The translations under genes and the position numbers were made by a program. The notes beneath the pieces were generated by a model, which saw only the letters and a program-made list of their open reading frames with translations, did no database searches and was not told where the DNA came from. A DNA stretch of 64,000 bases, from positions 1 through 64,000 of the IMG/VR virus record IMGVR_UViG_3300045988_177049; one strand, written 5' to 3'. Position 1 is the first letter of the stretch. Each line of letters starts with the position of its first letter. Below are positions 1 through 8,705 of the stretch, piece after piece. The DNA is from a virus.

Positions 1-54
1 TAGCGCACCTGGTTTGGGACCAGGGGGTCGTGAGTTCGAGTCTCACCATTCCGA
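1..54 (+). tRNA. Partial tRNA (3' portion), probably tRNA-Pro (anticodon TGG); the 5' end lies outside the window
   Basis: Anticodon stem cctgg/ccagg with loop ttTGGga. Variable loop gggtc. T-arm gtgag-ttcgagt-ctcac. 3' acceptor strand cattccg plus discriminator a. Confidence 0.4.
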
Positions 55-222
55 CGCATTGTAAACATACTCATGTCTACACAGACACGGGCCGGAGACG
101 GGTGGCTTAGTGTCCGATGCGAGCGTGATAACAACCGATAACACTGGTGCACAAGTGTTATCACAGGAGTTACACGGTTCCATCGGAAATTTCGCGGGTT
201 CGAGTCCCACCTGGCCCATCTT

Positions 223-296
223 TCCCAGATAGTGTAACGGCAGCACACCGGACTTTGATTCCGGGAGTCTAGGTTCGAAACCTGGTCTGGGAGCCA
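223..296 (+). tRNA. tRNA-Gln (anticodon TTG)
   Basis: Acceptor tcccaga/tctggga. Anticodon stem ccgga/tccgg with loop ctTTGat. T-arm ctagg-ttcgaaa-cctgg. Discriminator g. Encoded CCA. Confidence 0.75.
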
Positions 297-385
297 CACA
301 CCACACCATATATAAGGAGTCAACTATGCTCACCGAAACCCAAATATGAGACGTAAAAGGTACCGTTCACGACCTGAACGAACTT

Positions 386-676
386 GTGAACACACAATGT
401 ACTATTAACGTGCTTCGCACCCTTTCCACACCGCAACCCGGTATCTATATGGTTGATAGTAGAGCTTTCTCCCCAACCGCAGAAAAGCGATGGACGTACG
501 AAGAATTTATTGAATCAGGTATAACATACTCGTCAGAAGAACTCGCTACGACACTACTACTCGAATCATCGACGGTACTACGACTCTCAACGCACTCCTG
601 GAACAAAAGCGACATGCGTCACCGGGAACACCTGACTACATCAAGGCAGACGTATATATCAAAACCGCACGTTTGA
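386..676 (+). CDS. Hypothetical small protein
   Basis: 96-aa ORF between tRNA genes. No recognisable motif. Weak. Confidence 0.25.
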   Translation: MNTQCTINVLRTLSTPQPGIYMVDSRAFSPTAEKRWTYEEFIESGITYSSEELATTLLLESSTVLRLSTHSWNKSDMRHREHLTTSRQTYISKPHV

Positions 677-752
677 CATTAGATCGACTCAAGAGTGAAG
701 CCTTTACCACTCCCCGCAGACAAAACCACTACGACCCCAAAGGATACTAATC

Positions 753-1214
753 ATGCCTCATCAACCCTTGAACCTCGACTGGGAACAGTGGGATCTCGTT
801 GCAGCCGACTACGGCCTGTTCGAAGAGACTCGCCTCTGGTACGAGACCTACTGTGACGACTATAACCACAACTACCACGTGTCGCTGTGGGAAGACTACA
901 ACCACGAGGACTACCCCCATATCTCTCTGCTCGTCACCGAGGTCGAGAACATCGGTGACAGCATCTGGAAGCAGACCTCTCACGTCGTCGGTGACTCTGA
1001 GAACACCCAGATGTGGCCCGTCCTTGACCGCCTCTTCGGATCGCGTCGCACGTGGCAAGACATCATCGAAAGCTTCCGCGATTACCTCATCGCCACGGAA
1101 CCTGAGATCTATCTCCACGTGGACGATGATTTCGGGGATGAGAATTTCGATGAGGAAGACGGCTACATCTACATTGAAGAAGGTGGTGTATGGGGATACG
1201 CACCCCTAAATTGA
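753..1214 (+). CDS. Hypothetical acidic protein
   Basis: 153-aa ORF with a strongly acidic C-terminus (DDDFGDENFDEEDGYIYIEEGG). Coding-like codon usage. Confidence 0.4.
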   Translation: MPHQPLNLDWEQWDLVAADYGLFEETRLWYETYCDDYNHNYHVSLWEDYNHEDYPHISLLVTEVENIGDSIWKQTSHVVGDSENTQMWPVLDRLFGSRRTWQDIIESFRDYLIATEPEIYLHVDDDFGDENFDEEDGYIYIEEGGVWGYAPLN

Positions 1215-1260
1215 CACTACCAACCTGAGCCAAGAAACAACCCCTGTCTCTTGGCTCTTT

Positions 1261-1332
1261 TCCCAGATGGTGTAATGGCAGCACCGCAGACTCTGAATCT
1301 GCTGGTCTAGGTTCGAATCCTAGTCTGGGAGC
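1261..1332 (+). tRNA. tRNA-Gln (anticodon CTG)
   Basis: Acceptor tcccaga/tctggga. Anticodon stem gcaga/tctgc with loop ctCTGaa. T-arm ctagg-ttcgaat-cctag. Near-identical scaffold to the tRNA at 223-296. Confidence 0.75.
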
Positions 1333-1445
1333 AATTCTGCTGAAAAAGCAGAACAAATAGTTTATCTCAGTGCATCACAGATGCACCCAAAGATATACTG
1401 ATCAAGATCATCCGATCTACGTGTTACACACAAAGGAGAATAACA

Positions 1446-1958
1446 ATGGCTCGTATCAACACTCGCAACCACGGTATCGCTCTTGGCCGCCTGGCAGCAG
1501 ACCCTCGCTTCTTCGACAACTCTGACGGTTCTCGCACCGTTCGCTTCACCGTTCTGGTCGATCAGGACTTCACTGATCGCAACGGCGAACGTGGCACCGA
1601 CGCAGTGCCCGTCGAGCGCTTCATTCCCGCTGACCGCGACAATGGCGTTTTCGACATGATCCACAAGGGTGACCTTGTCGAGGTCGCTTACCGCGTCACC
1701 ACCGACTCCTACGTCGATCGCGCAGGTGAGCGCCACTTCGCCACCAAGCTCATCGTCTCTGACGTTCAGATGCTGGAGTCGCGCAAGACCACCACTGACC
1801 GTCTCGCCAAGCGCGTTGCCGCTCAGGATGCCTACAACCGCGCCGCACAGCTCGCAGCCCCCGCTGCTCCTGTTCAGGCTGCACCTCAGGCTCCCGTCTA
1901 CGACGACATGCAGTCGCCGTTCGTCGGGATCGCCGATCAGGACAATCCCCCGTTCTGA
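1446..1958 (+). CDS. ssb: Single-stranded DNA-binding protein (SSB)
   Basis: OB-fold SSB signature GRLAADPRF..DGSRTVRFTVLV at the N-terminus. Gln/Ala/Pro-rich linker. Acidic C-terminal tip ending in PPF. RBS aaggagaa upstream. Confidence 0.8.
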   Translation: MARINTRNHGIALGRLAADPRFFDNSDGSRTVRFTVLVDQDFTDRNGERGTDAVPVERFIPADRDNGVFDMIHKGDLVEVAYRVTTDSYVDRAGERHFATKLIVSDVQMLESRKTTTDRLAKRVAAQDAYNRAAQLAAPAAPVQAAPQAPVYDDMQSPFVGIADQDNPPF

Positions 1959-2080
1959 TCGACACTGATAACTGAATATCGAATCTCTTAGGTATGAAAC
2001 CCCTGTGGTACCAGCTAGACTGGTGCTACAGGGGTTTTTCATGCGAAAAGGTCTCACAACTCAATAGAAAGAGAATATCT

Positions 2081-3523
2081 ATGCACACACAAACAAAGAA
2101 GCTCGTCGGCGCAATCGGTGCAACCGCTGCTTTCACAGCGGCTCTGACCGGAGGCGTCACTGCCGTGCATCAATACGGTGAAAACGCCGCCAGCGCTGAC
2201 ACCGTAGCAGGCTTCAACGACTTCCAAAACAAGATTGCTCAAGCCAAGGCCGCAGCCGCTGACAACTCCGACCACTGCAAGATCCACACCGGAGCCTTCG
2301 ACGAACTCTCCTACACGCCTGAGCCGGGTGAGTCTGCTCATGTCAGTGGCTCATCGTTTGGTCTCATTGGCACCTCGGGAACATTCAACGCCGTTCCCGC
2401 CGACGATGGGATCGCAGCGTACAACTGTCGCTGGGCACTGACCATTAAGACGAACGCTGTCAAGTACGGCATTGATGGGGATGAACTCAAGGACGATGTG
2501 ACCGTCGCCTCGGACCCGACCTATGGCAAAGACCCCTGGCTCGTCATCAACCATGAAATGGCCCCGGCCACAGTCCACGGTCAGGTGTACTACATGAAGA
2601 ACAAGCCTGAGCTTACATACACGCTTCCATCTGGTGCACAGCTCATCGGTGAAACCGATCTCGACTTCAACGAGCCGGGTACCAAGACAGCCTCGATCGC
2701 CAAGCCTGCCACCGCTTTGAATAACGGCTGCATCGTCTGGGTCTGGAGCGTTGATCGTAACAAGCAGCCCGGTAACTGGGGTAAGTACATGGACGCAAAC
2801 TTCATCGACGGTTGGGGCGCTGAGAACGAAGTTGTCACGCTTCCCAAGCAAGAAGAGCCTGCTCCAACGCCGACTCCCACGCCGAGTGAGACGACACCTA
2901 CTCCCACCCCCACGCCTACGCCCGGTGAGACAACTCCTACGCCGAAGCCGACCCCTGCTCTGCCCGATCATGATGGTGTCACTCCCCCGGTGCCTCAGCC
3001 CACTCCCGATGAGGTAACACCGACGCCTGCACCCACACCGACTCCGGGCGAGACCACTCCCGCACCTCAGCCGACCCCGGCTCCGAGCGAGAGCGGTGAT
3101 CCGGTCGTTCCGACCCCAGAGGAAACAACTCCTGCTCCCACACCTACGCCGAAACCGAGCGAAACTACGCCTGCCCCGATCAATACCACCCCTGGTGAGA
3201 CGACTCCGGCTCCGGCTCCGTCCACTCCAGGAGATGCGACTCCTATGCCGAACGGAACTGCCCCGGCTCCGGGCGTAACCACTGAGGCTCCGTCTCCTGA
3301 CTCTCACGAAAACGGAAACAAGACTGGTGATGGGCAGGGTAATAGCAACGGTAACAACCACGCTGGGACCAAGACTCCTGCTGGATCCACCTCTGTGGAC
3401 CATCAGGGAGCGACTCTGGCTCACACGGGATCTGTAACTCTACCGTTGCTCGGTGGAGCCGCTCTCCTTCTCGCAGTCGGATCAGGTCTGGCTCTGACCA
3501 AGCGCCGCGCAATTGATGCATAA
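2081..3523 (+). CDS. Cell-wall-anchored secreted protein (LAHTG sorting signal) with a Pro/Thr-rich stalk
   Basis: Signal peptide MHTQTKKLVGAIGATAAFTAALTGG. Long PTPTPTPSETTP linker. C-terminal LAHTGS plus a hydrophobic segment plus the basic tail KRRAIDA, which is the class-E sortase LAXTG pattern. RBS agaaagag. The longer ORF-track start at 1994 is unlikely. Confidence 0.7.
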   Translation: MHTQTKKLVGAIGATAAFTAALTGGVTAVHQYGENAASADTVAGFNDFQNKIAQAKAAAADNSDHCKIHTGAFDELSYTPEPGESAHVSGSSFGLIGTSGTFNAVPADDGIAAYNCRWALTIKTNAVKYGIDGDELKDDVTVASDPTYGKDPWLVINHEMAPATVHGQVYYMKNKPELTYTLPSGAQLIGETDLDFNEPGTKTASIAKPATALNNGCIVWVWSVDRNKQPGNWGKYMDANFIDGWGAENEVVTLPKQEEPAPTPTPTPSETTPTPTPTPTPGETTPTPKPTPALPDHDGVTPPVPQPTPDEVTPTPAPTPTPGETTPAPQPTPAPSESGDPVVPTPEETTPAPTPTPKPSETTPAPINTTPGETTPAPAPSTPGDATPMPNGTAPAPGVTTEAPSPDSHENGNKTGDGQGNSNGNNHAGTKTPAGSTSVDHQGATLAHTGSVTLPLLGGAALLLAVGSGLALTKRRAIDA

Positions 3524-3547
3524 GTGTTAATTGCTCGCTGATCGCCG

Positions 3548-3599
3548 CAAAAGACCTCGTAGCTCAGGTATACTGACGCTACGGGGTCTTTTGTTTTAT
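3548..3599 (+). terminator. Intrinsic terminator hairpin
   Basis: aaaagacctcgtagc ... gctacggggtctttt followed by gttttatt. Confidence 0.6.
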
Positions 3600-3643
3600 T
3601 GCGCTACCCCGTCGCAATACTCGATCGAGAAAGAGAGCATCCC

Positions 3644-4798
3644 ATGACTCATGGAATGACACCAGCTAAGAAGCTGGGCGCAACCATCGGCGCAACAGCA
3701 GCCTTCACTATGCTTCTCGCAGGTGGAGCAATGGCAGCAGAAGATCACCTCGGCAATACGGACTGCCGGGTCCCAACCGCCGCAGACGATGCGCGTTTGT
3801 ACACGCCTGGCACGAACGCAGGCGTTGCATACGAGAACGGTCTGATCTGTGATAGTGTAGTGGATACAACTGCAACCACAAGTGCGACAGATACAGCTCC
3901 AGCAGCTCCGGCTCCAGCGACCACTGAGACTGAAACGGCTCCTGCTCCAGCAACGCCGACAACGGATCCGGCTCCCGCCACGGAGACTACTGATCCAGCG
4001 CCTGTTACACCCACTCCGGCGACAGATGAGACCGCACCTGTGACGCCTGCTCCAAGCGAGACTACACCTGCTACTCCATCTACCGAGACGCCTGGAAGCG
4101 AAAACCCCAAGCCTTCCAACGAGAGTGATTCTCCGGTAGCACCTAAGCCCGATACGAATGAAACGACGCCTGGTACACCCGGTGGGACCACTGAGGATCC
4201 AAAACCGACACCTACGCCTACTCCTGGCACAAGCGACAACGCGGGCGACAACACTGAGAGGCCAAACATCCCAACCCCAGAGGGACCACTCCCTGATCCG
4301 ACACCAACGCCTGGTGGAACCACCGAGACTCCTGCACCTACCCCGGGTGGCACAACCACTGATCCGACCACTCCCACTCCTGGTGAGGTGACTCCGGCTC
4401 CAGATGGAACCAACCCTACTCCAGCGCCTACTCCGGGTAACGAGACTACGGACCCCGCTCCGGCTCCTTCCACTGATGGAAGCACTGAGACTCCGGTTCC
4501 TGGCTCTCAAGGTGGTAACAAGGCCGATGATAAGGCTGGAGACAAGGTTGGAGACCAAAGCGGTACGGGCAACGCTGCTACCGACAATAACAAGTCCGGT
4601 ACTAAAGACGTTAACGGACAGAGCAACACTCAGTCTGTAACTCAGAACGGTTCCACGTCTGCTAACGGTTCCACCTCTGTGAACAACCAAGAGGGTCTAG
4701 CTCACACTGGAGCGGCAACTCTGCCACTGCTTGGTGGAAGCCTACTCACCCTCATAGGTGGCGCAATTCTCGCTGTGCGAAAGCGCTTCTCTCTCTAA
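3644..4798 (+). CDS. Cell-wall-anchored secreted protein (LAHTG sorting signal), Pro/Thr/Glu-rich
   Basis: Signal peptide MTHGMTPAKKLGATIGATAAFTMLLAGGAMAA. PT-rich repeats. C-terminal LAHTGA plus hydrophobic segment plus VRKRFSL. Paralogous N-terminus to the 2081-3523 protein. Confidence 0.7.
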   Translation: MTHGMTPAKKLGATIGATAAFTMLLAGGAMAAEDHLGNTDCRVPTAADDARLYTPGTNAGVAYENGLICDSVVDTTATTSATDTAPAAPAPATTETETAPAPATPTTDPAPATETTDPAPVTPTPATDETAPVTPAPSETTPATPSTETPGSENPKPSNESDSPVAPKPDTNETTPGTPGGTTEDPKPTPTPTPGTSDNAGDNTERPNIPTPEGPLPDPTPTPGGTTETPAPTPGGTTTDPTTPTPGEVTPAPDGTNPTPAPTPGNETTDPAPAPSTDGSTETPVPGSQGGNKADDKAGDKVGDQSGTGNAATDNNKSGTKDVNGQSNTQSVTQNGSTSANGSTSVNNQEGLAHTGAATLPLLGGSLLTLIGGAILAVRKRFSL

Positions 4799-4812
4799 AA
4801 AGCGCATAGAGC

Positions 4813-4858
4813 AAAGCCCCGTAGCATGGTTCACACCATTACTACGGGGCTTTGTCTT
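4813..4858 (+). terminator. Intrinsic terminator hairpin (bidirectional position)
   Basis: aaagccccgtag ... ctacggggcttt. It sits between convergent genes. Confidence 0.55.
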
Positions 4859-4896
4859 ACCACGTCGTGTCCCCTCCTGATCGACGCGGCAAGCTA

Positions 4897-5979
4897 TCAG
4901 TGCGGAAGCTGCTGCGTGAGCGGCACAGGAACCGCTACAAGAAACACGTTCTGTTGGTAGTAACCCTGATAATTCACTCGTCCACCGCATGTGGTCAATA
5001 CTAGACGACGCTCTCCCTTCGCGCTGAAATAATCAGCGGGGAACGCCTCATGCTCAGCAGTCCACATACCATTCACTCGCCATGTGGACAAAGAACCGTC
5101 AAAACCTTTCGCCCAGATCAACTCACCCTTCTTGACATCGGTTGCCATCGTGTAGAGAGCACCACGATGTTTCTTCGTCCATGCAACATGGGAAGCAATG
5201 AACGTTGTTCCTTCTCCAAAATTTGGGGTGTTCTGATCCTTCGTTCCTTGGTTCTCGGAACCAGTAGAAGAGGAAGAGGGGGTAGGAGCAGAGGTTGGTA
5301 CAGGGTCGGAGTGAACAGTCACGTTCGTCAGTACGCCTGTATCAGACTGAGTCAGAGGCGCACCATCAGAGTACCAGACACCACGATGCACATTCGTTGG
5401 CACGTGAATAGTCTGGAGGTCGCCATACTTCGATGGCTCAAACTTGTCACTGCCTTGCACTTCCATGTAGATACCGGATTCGGGGATAAACACCGATCCC
5501 GGAGCCATGCGCGCAATAGATATGGTTTGAATCCGGTGATCCTCGGTGTTGATATCCCAGGTGTTCGACCCCTGATCCGAATCCGCGTTCACAACCGGCC
5601 ACTCATGGTTGAGCATCTCGGTTGTTGCATCAACAGGCCCGTGATCCACCTGAGCATCTTGGTACGTGTCACTCGGCAAAGACAGAGTGTCTTCGATCTG
5701 CGAGTCGGTATAGGCGCGGTACACGAGGTACCCACCACCGCCCAGCAAAGCTGCAATAAGCACGCTGACAACGCTAGTCACAAGAGCGCTTCGCTTCTTG
5801 CGTGCCTTGGCCTGAGCGACTTCCGTTCCACTGCTGTGCATGATTTCATCAAAGGTCAGCAATCCAGAGCGAGGCTCCAAGTTCGGAGCATCTTCAGCTA
5901 CCGCCTCAGAAACCTCATCAGGCTCACCAGGTGGCTGAACGCCATACTGACGAGAAACGTTATCCCAGGGGCTGCTCAT
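4897..5979 (-). CDS. Sortase-family transpeptidase (class-E-like) with N-terminal membrane anchor
   Basis: N-terminal TM segment (ALVTSVVSVLIAALLGGGGYLVY). Sortase-like beta-barrel segments. Conserved TLxTC-type catalytic motif RLVLTTCGGR near the C-terminus. The adjacent genes carry LAHTG substrates. Confidence 0.55.
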   Translation of the reverse strand: MSSPWDNVSRQYGVQPPGEPDEVSEAVAEDAPNLEPRSGLLTFDEIMHSSGTEVAQAKARKKRSALVTSVVSVLIAALLGGGGYLVYRAYTDSQIEDTLSLPSDTYQDAQVDHGPVDATTEMLNHEWPVVNADSDQGSNTWDINTEDHRIQTISIARMAPGSVFIPESGIYMEVQGSDKFEPSKYGDLQTIHVPTNVHRGVWYSDGAPLTQSDTGVLTNVTVHSDPVPTSAPTPSSSSTGSENQGTKDQNTPNFGEGTTFIASHVAWTKKHRGALYTMATDVKKGELIWAKGFDGSLSTWRVNGMWTAEHEAFPADYFSAKGERRLVLTTCGGRVNYQGYYQQNVFLVAVPVPLTQQLPH

Positions 5980-7247
5980 GCCGATGCCTTCGTCTTACGG
6001 CCCTTCGAGGTAGACGCCTGAGCGATCGAGTACAGACCCTCACGGTTGAGCGAGCGCGAATACGAGGCATCGAGGTACAGAACCGGCATTGCGTCCGCTG
6101 AGTTCATCTCGGCGACCTTCGCCAGCAGCAGCGGGTAGAGCGCGTCCTTCACAGGCCCAGAGCCACCGCCAAAGACGAACACAACCTCAGTGGTAGCCCC
6201 AACGACAGAGAGCACGCGGCCAAACTGATCGGAGACAGCGCGAGCGAAGAACTCAATCTCACGAGCAACGTATGTGCGCACCTTCTCATAGAAGTTCCGC
6301 TTCAAAGGGGACGGCTCATGCTGCAAGAAATCAGCCAGTTGCTTCCGGCTAGTAAACCCGGTGTTGAACCCTTCTGCATCCATAGATTCGAGCGCACGAG
6401 TCAGAACAGTTCCGTAACCTTCACCGAACGTTGTCGAGGCGTCAGCGTTGAACTTACCGTTGGTAAAGACCGGGAAGTTCACCGTTCCTTCGCCAATGTC
6501 GATACCAATGGTGTTGCGCGCAGCCAGGACATCTTCAGCTGTGACACCATCGAGAGCAAGACCACGGGAGCGCACGTCAGCGAGCATGGCCTGCATGAGC
6601 GGCACACCCTTCTCAGTGATTGCCCACTGAGCAGAGGCACCTTCGGCCATCACAACCACGTCATCAAAGGTGATGCGAATGGTCACAGGGGTCTCAAAGT
6701 TATGGACAGTCACCAGGTGAACACCGCCCATGAACTGAGCACTGTAGCTAGTGCGGTGGCGCATGTACTCATCAATGGGCAGTGCAACAGCAACGCGCGC
6801 CTTAACATTCAACTCACTCGTTGGCAGAGCCTTGTTCTCAGCCACGTAATCACGCAGAGCCTTCGCCGCAAAGCAGCCCAGGATCAAGACCTTGGAGAGT
6901 TCTTGCTCAGCCTTCGAGCGTCGGCCCACGACATTGAACTCATCGAACGCGCCATTAGCACTCAGAGCGCGCGTACCAAACAGGTGTCGGTACGAGTTCG
7001 AGACCATCGCCGAAGAGAACGACACATCGAGGTTATTGTAAAGATCCTCGCCGCACTTCTCCTTCGCCTCATTGTCAGGGTCAGGGAGCGAATTCGGGCG
7101 CGTCATCAACGTGACACCACTTGGAAGATCAACAGTATCAACGATCGGCTTACCGGCCTTATCGGTGCGGTCGGAGCGAATCAGGCCCTTCACATAGCCG
7201 TTACCAACGTCAATACCACCCACAAGATTTTGGGTTTGAGCAGTCAT
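5976..7247 (-). CDS. parM: Actin-like segregation ATPase (ParM/Alp family)
   Basis: Phosphate-1 motif LVGGIDVGNGYVKG. Phosphate-2 motif IGIDIGEGTVNF. Adenosine motif VFVFGGGSG. Size about 420 aa. 4-nt overlap with the downstream sortase gene. Confidence 0.7.
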   Translation of the reverse strand: MTAQTQNLVGGIDVGNGYVKGLIRSDRTDKAGKPIVDTVDLPSGVTLMTRPNSLPDPDNEAKEKCGEDLYNNLDVSFSSAMVSNSYRHLFGTRALSANGAFDEFNVVGRRSKAEQELSKVLILGCFAAKALRDYVAENKALPTSELNVKARVAVALPIDEYMRHRTSYSAQFMGGVHLVTVHNFETPVTIRITFDDVVVMAEGASAQWAITEKGVPLMQAMLADVRSRGLALDGVTAEDVLAARNTIGIDIGEGTVNFPVFTNGKFNADASTTFGEGYGTVLTRALESMDAEGFNTGFTSRKQLADFLQHEPSPLKRNFYEKVRTYVAREIEFFARAVSDQFGRVLSVVGATTEVVFVFGGGSGPVKDALYPLLLAKVAEMNSADAMPVLYLDASYSRSLNREGLYSIAQASTSKGRKTKASA

Positions 7248-7277
7248 AGGGACAATCCTTTCGTTTCAGTCTTTTTA

Positions 7278-7679
7278 CTAGCGCAACGTACCGAGTACGT
7301 CTTCAACGCTCGTCTGAGCCGGGGCTTCATATGCAGGTTCCTCATGCGCAGACACAGGAACAACGGCAGGGGTAGTGGCAACCTCATCATCTGGTTCGAC
7401 CACAGATTTAATCATCTCAGGTACAGTCGCATCCTCTGCCTCATCGGTGTTCTTTGGCGGACGGCCACGACGAGGCTGTTGCACGACGGGATAACACGTC
7501 GCATCACGGTATCCGTTGCGCTCAATCGACTCTCTAATGAGTGCTCGCACTGAATTGCTCAGATCACTTTGAGCACCGATCCATGCCAGGACAGACTCAT
7601 CGGTTTCTGGAACAGAGACACGGAACCGCTTCGGCGTAGGCCGTGGAACAGACCCCATAAAACGCTTGGGCATAGACAC
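7278..7679 (-). CDS. Small DNA-binding protein, putative ParR-like adaptor/regulator of the par operon
   Basis: 133-aa protein immediately upstream of parM in the same orientation. Basic N-terminus. AT-hook-like RRGRPPK. Sits directly downstream of an inverted-repeat region. Confidence 0.35.
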   Translation of the reverse strand: MSMPKRFMGSVPRPTPKRFRVSVPETDESVLAWIGAQSDLSNSVRALIRESIERNGYRDATCYPVVQQPRRGRPPKNTDEAEDATVPEMIKSVVEPDDEVATTPAVVPVSAHEEPAYEAPAQTSVEDVLGTLR

Positions 7680-7705
7680 CCCTTTCTTCTGTGTGGACTA
7701 CACGG

Positions 7706-7826
7706 ACCAGATGGTTCTTATCTGGTCATCTGAGAACCATCATAACACCATTCGGCTCGTGTATCAAGAGAAATGGCGCTTACCCGATCACAATCAGACC
7801 AGATAAGCGCCAGATAAGAACCAACG
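7706..7826. promoter_or_regulatory. Inverted/direct repeat cluster upstream of the par operon (candidate operator or centromere-like site)
   Basis: ACCAGATggttcttATCTGGT dyad at 7706-7726. GACCAGATAAGcgcCAGATAAGAACCA at 7795-7826 gives 14-nt inverted repeats TGGTTCTTATCTGG / CCAGATAAGAACCA. Confidence 0.5.
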
Positions 7827-7830
7827 TGTA

Positions 7831-8562
7831 TCAGTGGGGTAAACGCCACGCATTGTCCACAGTGCTGAGCACTCCCCTGTGCAGGTCATCAATAGACCCA
7901 CAGTTGCACACGATGAAATCGCACCAATTGAGCAGGTGATATGTATTCATCTCCGACTCATGCGTGTCCCCACCGACGCGCTCGCCCTCGCTCTCCAACG
8001 CCTCGCCCAGAGAGTCGAGATCACCTCGCCATACGCCGATCGTGATCCCACCCAGTCGCCGCACGAGATCAAGTTCCTCATCGAAACGAACATCAGTGAG
8101 CACGACGGACTCACCGCGCGTCAGAGCCTCGTGTATATTATGCTCAGCCAACTCAGTCCATGCCGTAGATCCAAACGTTCCGCGTACGCAATCCGTTCCA
8201 AGGGTTTGCAGCAACGTTCGCACGTCAGGCACAAGATCCTTCGCCTTTTCCATACCGAGCGCGTCAACGACATAGTGATACTGAGCGAACCCACCGCCGC
8301 GTCCTAAAAGACCACCACCGACAGAGGGGATCACAGCGTCAAGCTCCACGCCAGCAGGAACTTGAACCCATACACCACGCAGCTGCATAGACATCTCCTT
8401 AAGCGGATCGGCAAACGCCATGCGCGTCCAGCCACGATCAACCAATGCCTGAGCAGCAGTATCTTTCCCTGAGCGTTTGAGACCGACAAAACCAACGAGA
8501 GGCGTTGGTTCCAACCCAGGAAGACGATGCACATTTTCAGGAAAAGACGACATGTGGGGCAA
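7831..8562 (-). CDS. P-loop nucleotide kinase (phage dNMP-kinase-like)
   Basis: Walker A GFVGLKRSGKDT near the N-terminus. Size about 240 aa. Architecture typical of phage deoxynucleoside monophosphate kinases. No search run. Confidence 0.45.
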   Translation of the reverse strand: MPHMSSFPENVHRLPGLEPTPLVGFVGLKRSGKDTAAQALVDRGWTRMAFADPLKEMSMQLRGVWVQVPAGVELDAVIPSVGGGLLGRGGGFAQYHYVVDALGMEKAKDLVPDVRTLLQTLGTDCVRGTFGSTAWTELAEHNIHEALTRGESVVLTDVRFDEELDLVRRLGGITIGVWRGDLDSLGEALESEGERVGGDTHESEMNTYHLLNWCDFIVCNCGSIDDLHRGVLSTVDNAWRLPH

Positions 8563-8705
8563 AACCTTTCGTAACGATCATTGATTCTATTGGTACATCA
8601 ACCATTCTACCACATGATCCATAAATACACGTAACCCCCGCAGTTTTCACCACGGGGGTTACGAGGTTAGTTCACAGTGTGCATCATCAGATGATCACTG
8701 TTCAC

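Noticed and set aside
43-333. 96-aa minus-strand ORF
   Set aside because: It lies entirely across three tRNA genes on the opposite strand. It is an artefact of a structured RNA region.
2351-3424. Long minus-strand ORFs (2351-3424, 3596-4690, 3745-4485) overlapping the PT-rich surface-protein genes
   Set aside because: They are antisense to repetitive Pro/Thr codon runs, which generates long stop-free frames. The proteins are Arg/Ser/Gly low-complexity nonsense.
6318-7553. 411-aa plus-strand ORF antisense to parM
   Set aside because: It has no RBS and atypical composition. The minus-strand ParM reading has clear actin-fold motifs.
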